From NCBI GenBank assembly GCA_020137815.1, contig CM035350.1, positions 10,044,001 through 10,108,000 of the forward strand: a stretch of DNA of 64,000 bases. Direction: 5' to 3'. The DNA comes from Hormiphora californensis (lineage: Eukaryota > Animalia > Ctenophora). Below the pieces are notes generated by a model. It was not told where the DNA came from and searched no databases. It saw only the letters and a program-made list of their open reading frames with translations. Both the position numbers and the translations under genes were made by a program. Below, in pieces: positions 58,437-64,000 of this stretch. Each line of letters begins with the position of its first letter. Positions within the stretch are counted from its first letter, which is position 1.

Positions 58437-58860
58437 AAGGGGCCCCCAGACCCCCCCCCCCCTTTTTTTAAAAAACCGAAACCCCCCCCCCCCCCCCCTT
58501 TTTTCCCCCCCTCCCCCTTTTCCCCCCCGGGGAAATTTTTAAAATTTTTTTCTTCTTCTTTCCCTTTTTCTCCTCTTTTTCTTTCTTCCTCCCATTTTCT
58601 TCTCCCCTTTTCCTCCTTTCTTTTTTCCCTTTTTTTTTTTTTTTTTGGGCTTTTTGGGGGGGGGCGGGGGGTTTTTTTTTTTTTTTTTTTTTTTTTTTGG
58701 GTCTTCTCCCCTCTATCCCCTTTTTCAGCCCTCCCCCCCCCCCTAGAGTCGAAAAACAGAGAATTCGTGGTATTAGGAAAAATTTTTAAAAGTAGAAAAC
58801 TAAAAAAGAACAACAAAAAGAAATATTGGGGACCAAAAAATATATAGTTTTTTTTAGTAT
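57580..58860. other. Homopolymer-inflated, low-quality sequence
   Basis: Adjacent long runs of G, C, A and T with no periodic unit. Confidence 0.75.
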
Positions 58861-61559
58861 AATGAACGGAAAGTTCAAAACATCGAACTGATCAAGGACA
58901 GTGGGGTTCTAAGGTTCATTTTTCCCATTTCCCGGAAAAGACCCACTCCCCTTTAACAAAAAAGCGCAACAAATCATAGCAATAAGAAACACAGTCCCAA
59001 TAACAACTGTTACTATTGTAACTATCCTTGTCGACTCTCTCTCCACGCACATCCCTTCCCCATTATCAGTGTCATGTGTGCAGTACTCATCAGATAGACA
59101 TGTCCTGAAATTGGATCCCTGTTTTTTTCCCCGTTAACACCCCGTACAGTAAACAGTAGCAAATTTGATTGCAAAGGGGGTGTCCCCTCCCAGTTTAGCA
59201 CTTTGTATTAGACTTTTCAACTGGATCGTCTTGTAGGGAGATGTGAAGGAGACACAGGAATACAGCTTTAGATATTTATACTAAAAAAAGTAAAATATGA
59301 AGAATATATTTTCCAGGCGACACAACTAAGTTTTAAATACAATTTCAAACCTTTTATTCAAAAGTATTTCAACGAAATTTTTGGCCTTTCCAGTAATTAA
59401 GCCTTCTATTCTGTATCCTCTTGTCCGAAAAGAAAACTAAAATTTGATCCCGATAGTTTGACATTCGTGAAAGAAAATTAAAAGAGTATAAACTGAAAAA
59501 ATTTGGGTCATAATTTAAGAACCGGTATAGGGTGAAACACGTAAGATTGGGGAAGGGGTTTGGGAACGAGAATATAAATTTTGGAATATAAATGGGAAAA
59601 AGAAAAGAGAATGTGTTTTTTTTAGTTCTCCTTACGTCATCCCTCGTTTCCCCCGGAGTCATCCGTTTGAATAAAAAAACCGTATTCAAAAACAAACGCT
59701 TATCACCCAAAGAGACGCCCCGTCCTCCCAATACCATCCCCAAGTACGCCGTTGTTTTTTGTTTGGTATTCATGTCAGGATCAGTCGTGTTAGGCAAATA
59801 CTGAGCCTACCCCTGCCTACCACAGTGAGAGTGAGAGGACAACTCCAGACAGACACGACAAATGTGACTATACAACAATTCCCTCCACAAAGAAAAAATT
59901 GAGGTGAAACCTTTTTTTTTTTTGAATTTTCCTCACAGTTACACGTTGTTCATACATTTAATTTTTCGGCTTATAGGTAATTGCTTTTTTTAAATTCGTA
60001 ATTTTTTGTTACGGCAATAGTTTCGTCTTATTTTGCTTTAAAGCAAATTTTACGGCTGTTGTTTCGACATGGTTTGTCGTCATTTTTGACGCTAGGAGGA
60101 AAAAGAATATCAAACAACTCTCCCGGTGGAGAGAGAAGAATAACGAATCTCCCCAAACTAGAACGTCTCCCTCCAAATCCAACTTCGTATTGACTCCGAA
60201 AAAACACCTGCACTCTCCGTACTCTAACGACGCCCCATGGGCCTGGAGAGCCCAAGTCCAGTACGTACACAATCCACAATCTCAACACGCTCCGACGTAA
60301 CTTGGAGCACCAAACCTGCCGTAACTTGACCAGGTATAACGCCTGCATGGCGTAGGAAGCCTCACTGGGTGAACCAGGACCACAACTTCAGAGAAAGGAG
60401 ACCCCACCTGTACCAGATCTAAACCATTACTCTTCAGGGGGTTTTCAAAAAGAGTCCTCTTTTAGGATTAGGCTCAGACCAGTCCCGTCGTATTCCCTTA
60501 GGAATTCTGCGGAGCTAGACTCACCAGTCGTTAGCTGCACTTGGGACCGTTACCACGTGTTTCCGAAGTTTGCCGCCGTCCTCGCCTTTTTCCTTCCTCT
60601 GGGAGTTGCAACCGGGATCTCCTAGGCACCTTAGGGGTGGCAAAACCGAGCTTTCGAGAAAGAAGAAAGGCTCGATGTCCTCTACTACACCAGAATCGCT
60701 GTCCAGGACCAGCACCACGTCACCAGTACCAGTACCATCTCCAGTAGCACCACTAGTACCAGCACCACCTCAGCAGTAGTCCACTAGTACCAGACACCAA
60801 GTACCACCTTCTGCAGTAGTACCACCAGTACCAGCTACCATCGCCAGTACCACCATCACCAGTAACAGCACACCATCTCGAAACACAGTTACCACCAGCA
60901 CCAGTAAACGAACCACCACATTCAGCACCAGTATCCCCAGCACAGTAACAGCACCACCATATTCAGCACCAGTATCCCAGCACCAGAACAGTACACCAGT
61001 ATCAGCACCCAGTAGCACCAGCACCAGTACCAACATCAGCAGTAGACCACAGTACCAGGCACACCACCAGCACATTCTCAGCCGCAAGAGCACCACAGAC
61101 CAGCACCAGCACCGCACCACTATTCGGGCTTCCTCAGCTACCGCGGAACTGATTCCGCAGAGCTAGGACTGACTCAGATTCCGTTTCCTGACCCTAGTTC
61201 CGCCATTCTGATCCTCAGTGAATGTAGTTGTCGCACTTGCATTCGGGTCATAGGAACTAAGACTATGATGTCATTCACCAGTCTCGGAACGTTAGCTATC
61301 TCGACATCCTCATTGAACGTGATACTAGGAGACGCGCTGGACAAGGTGTTCACCTTCTGTTCAGGGTTGAGTTCGGTCTATTGTCTAGTTTTGGGTTGCT
61401 CGGCTGCTTTCATCGGTTGTTCTTCTAGTGGGTAAAAGATGTAAACATTGTGCCTAGATAAAATCGTATTAGTGATTTGGGTGTGTTGTGTTTGTCGTGT
61501 AGTGTAAGTGATGGTAATTTGTATGGGACTTTTTTTTTATTTTTGAAATGCTAACACCT

Positions 61560-64000
61560 TTTTTCTCCCTTTTCTCTACTTCTATAATAATCTTCCAGTT
61601 TCAATTTGTGTCACTTCTCTTACGGACCCTTTTCCAGCGCACCGAACTATTATCTGTTTTGGCCATATATTTTGATACATAACTAAATCGCGGCACTTCA
61701 AATAAGGACTTGATACTTTTTTCTCGTCTTCTGTGACACAAATATCTAGATCTTGCTGGTGCAACTGTTGGGTTTCTTAAATACTTTGGGAAATTTTCCT
61801 ATGTAACTGGTACGCATGTGTTGTTTATATCATCCTGGCTCATTGTCTCGAATTTCTTTTTTTTTCTATACGTGTGTCATTTTCTACATACAAATCACTA
61901 GGCATGGTAAGATCACGTCCAAATACTAAGAAATTTGGTGAGAGTTTTTGTTCGGGGCACAAACAAGATTATTTTGAGCTAAAAACCAACATATTTTATA
62001 TAAATATCGTAATTTTTTCCAATCATTAGCCTTGAGAAGGGATCTAAAACACTGTATTATCTGTTTGTTTGCGCTTTCGGCCTTGCCATTGCTCGGTGAA
62101 ATTTGGCAGTTGTTTTGATATCCTGATATACAAAGGCTTTAAATAGCTTTCCATAATGACGACGTTAAAATCCTGTACCTAAGTCATGGCTAATAGAACG
62201 AGGAAACCAAATTTCAAAAACCAATTTCAAAGAGCACTTATTGTGGCTTGTGTTCAGTAGATTCACGGCACGGCAACAGTGTATTAGTGAATGAATCGAC
62301 GATAACTAGTAATGCAATATTCCTCTAGGGGGGTGTTGTGCTTGGATTAAATGGTCAATGGAAATATTTTGATTGAATTCAGTATACACAATGGGTTTTC
62401 ATGGGAGCTCTAAGATATGCCTTAGTTGCTTAGTACGGGCACAAATAAGACAGCTATCCGTAAATACTTAACTTCCTCCTTATAATTATGGAAATAGTAG
62501 TTCTTTAAAATTCTAGATATCGGATTTTCGACACCACTATGACACCGCCTCAAATGTACTGTGACATTCAACATTACTCTTTCAACAAGGGAGTCAGGGA
62601 CAAACTATTAGAAACTTAAAACTTTTTGAGTCTTTGGATCAACCCACACTTTCTATAGATAAATCCATTTCAATTAAAAACTCAAAATTTTTGAAGTAAT
62701 GACAAAGTTCATTAGGCTCACTCCGATGACTAAAATTTAATGGCTTCTCGCCACTCTCTAACCATTCCAACACTCGCTTGAGATTAGAATCCTTCTTTGT
62801 CCTCTAGTTTTATTTCATCTAATTTGACTAATTTCAGTTTGTCATCATTTTGATGGCAGCTAAACTTTTGGCTCAAACTCTAGGTATTGTATCAGGTTTG
62901 TGTACCTGACTCTTTCGTCTGATTGACCCATAAGACCAACGGCTAAGAAAATCGGCATGCTAATCTGACGAAGTACCACTACGTGTTGATTACCAAAATT
63001 AACTGATGCCAAATCAGCAAGTCTTTTTGCATAAAACTATTCTCTTTACGAAAACTTCTCAAAAGATACCAAAGATCTGCATCTGTTTCAATATTAACTT
63101 TGGGTGCAGCTAATAATACATTTCAGGCATAAGGCACCATGTAGTCCTAAAAAATTCATTTTGTGGCACCATATTGTCGGTGGCTTTTGAACAGTTATTC
63201 TACTCCAATAACATAATGATTACGACGTTTTCCCGTTTTGAATTTGCTGTAGACAAGCACCTGTGACCTCGCTTAGAAGAAGTCTATGCTGACAATAAAT
63301 CCACTATTCAAATCAGGGATGGCAAGGGTTTTGAGGAGAACAAAGTTCTGCTTTTAAGTTTTTCAAATGATTTTTGACATTCAATAGACCATTCAATGGT
63401 TTGTTTTGCTCTAGCAATCATATAATGCCTAGTAATTTTTGCTAATTGGGATGAATGACCTATTCAATTCATAGTACCAAAGAAATTTCTGTAATTGCTT
63501 CACAGTTTTGGGGGGCTGAATTGTCATGATAGCTTTTGTTATTTTCATCTACAGAAATACCATTTTCAGTTAAAGTATGGCCCAAAAATTTTTGCTGAAC
63601 TAGCAAACAAAGGTGTGTCTTTTGGGGTTAAGCTTCATGTTAGCAAAGTTAATCTGTCAAAAACAAATTTTACCGAGTTAGGTGATCTTGAACCGTGTTG
63701 CTACCAGGCCCAACAATCATCGATATAGAAACAGGAACTAAAAGAAACTGGCAAAACGTTTGGATATCATTCTACTGAATTGGCACTAGAAACTAGTTTG
63801 GCCTTGTACCTACGTTTTTCCACATGTAACGTGATGTTTGTAAGTACAACGGTGGTTAGGGGTGTTACTACGTTTTTTCGAGGGGCAATTGCCAAAACTG
63901 GAAGTAAAGTTCAAAACTACTCAAAATATTTAGTTATCCCTCATTTTATCTAGAAACTTGTTAATTTTTGGTAATCGTATTGATCTTGTATGGCCTGCGA
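61560..64000 (-). mobile_element. Possible highly disrupted DNA transposase remnant (hAT-like)
   Basis: AT-rich and free of microsatellites. Short minus-strand peptide fragments weakly resemble hAT motifs (..HE..H near 63630, NEF.G near 63150). No intact ORF. Confidence 0.3.

Noticed and set aside
57501-58847. Gly/Pro/Lys/Phe-rich ORFs and G-quadruplex-like runs
   Set aside because: Probably homopolymer artefacts of poor consensus sequence.

Overview
Eukaryotic, intron-containing animal genomic DNA, most likely a ctenophore of the Pleurobrachia/Hormiphora group. This is inferred from a spliced-leader-like sequence and a short repeat I recall from Pleurobrachia. Host genes: an orphan low-complexity gene with a 5.6-kb last exon (+); TSPO (+); a tight same-strand cluster XPA-CNEP1R1-PPP1R11-LSM2-USP35/38 (-), probably a trans-spliced operon; a 22-kb PTPN13/FRMPD2-like KIND-FERM-5xPDZ gene with no visible phosphatase domain (+); and a HOGA1 + LHFPL-like tetraspan pair (-). 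Mobile DNA is abundant. It includes the 5' half of a CR1/L2-type LINE whose ORF1 fuses an AlkB-type dioxygenase to an SGNH esterase, and a Penelope-like hairpin insertion carrying a spliced-leader-like exon. There are also Mutator-like elements with 9-bp TSDs and telomere-like tracts clustered near gene 5' ends, a 51-54 bp micro-transposon, and piggyBac and Tc1/mariner MITEs. Several genes carry single-base frameshifts and 57.4-64 kb looks error-rich, so the assembly probably has indel errors. All protein and family calls are by-eye motif recognition, not database searches.
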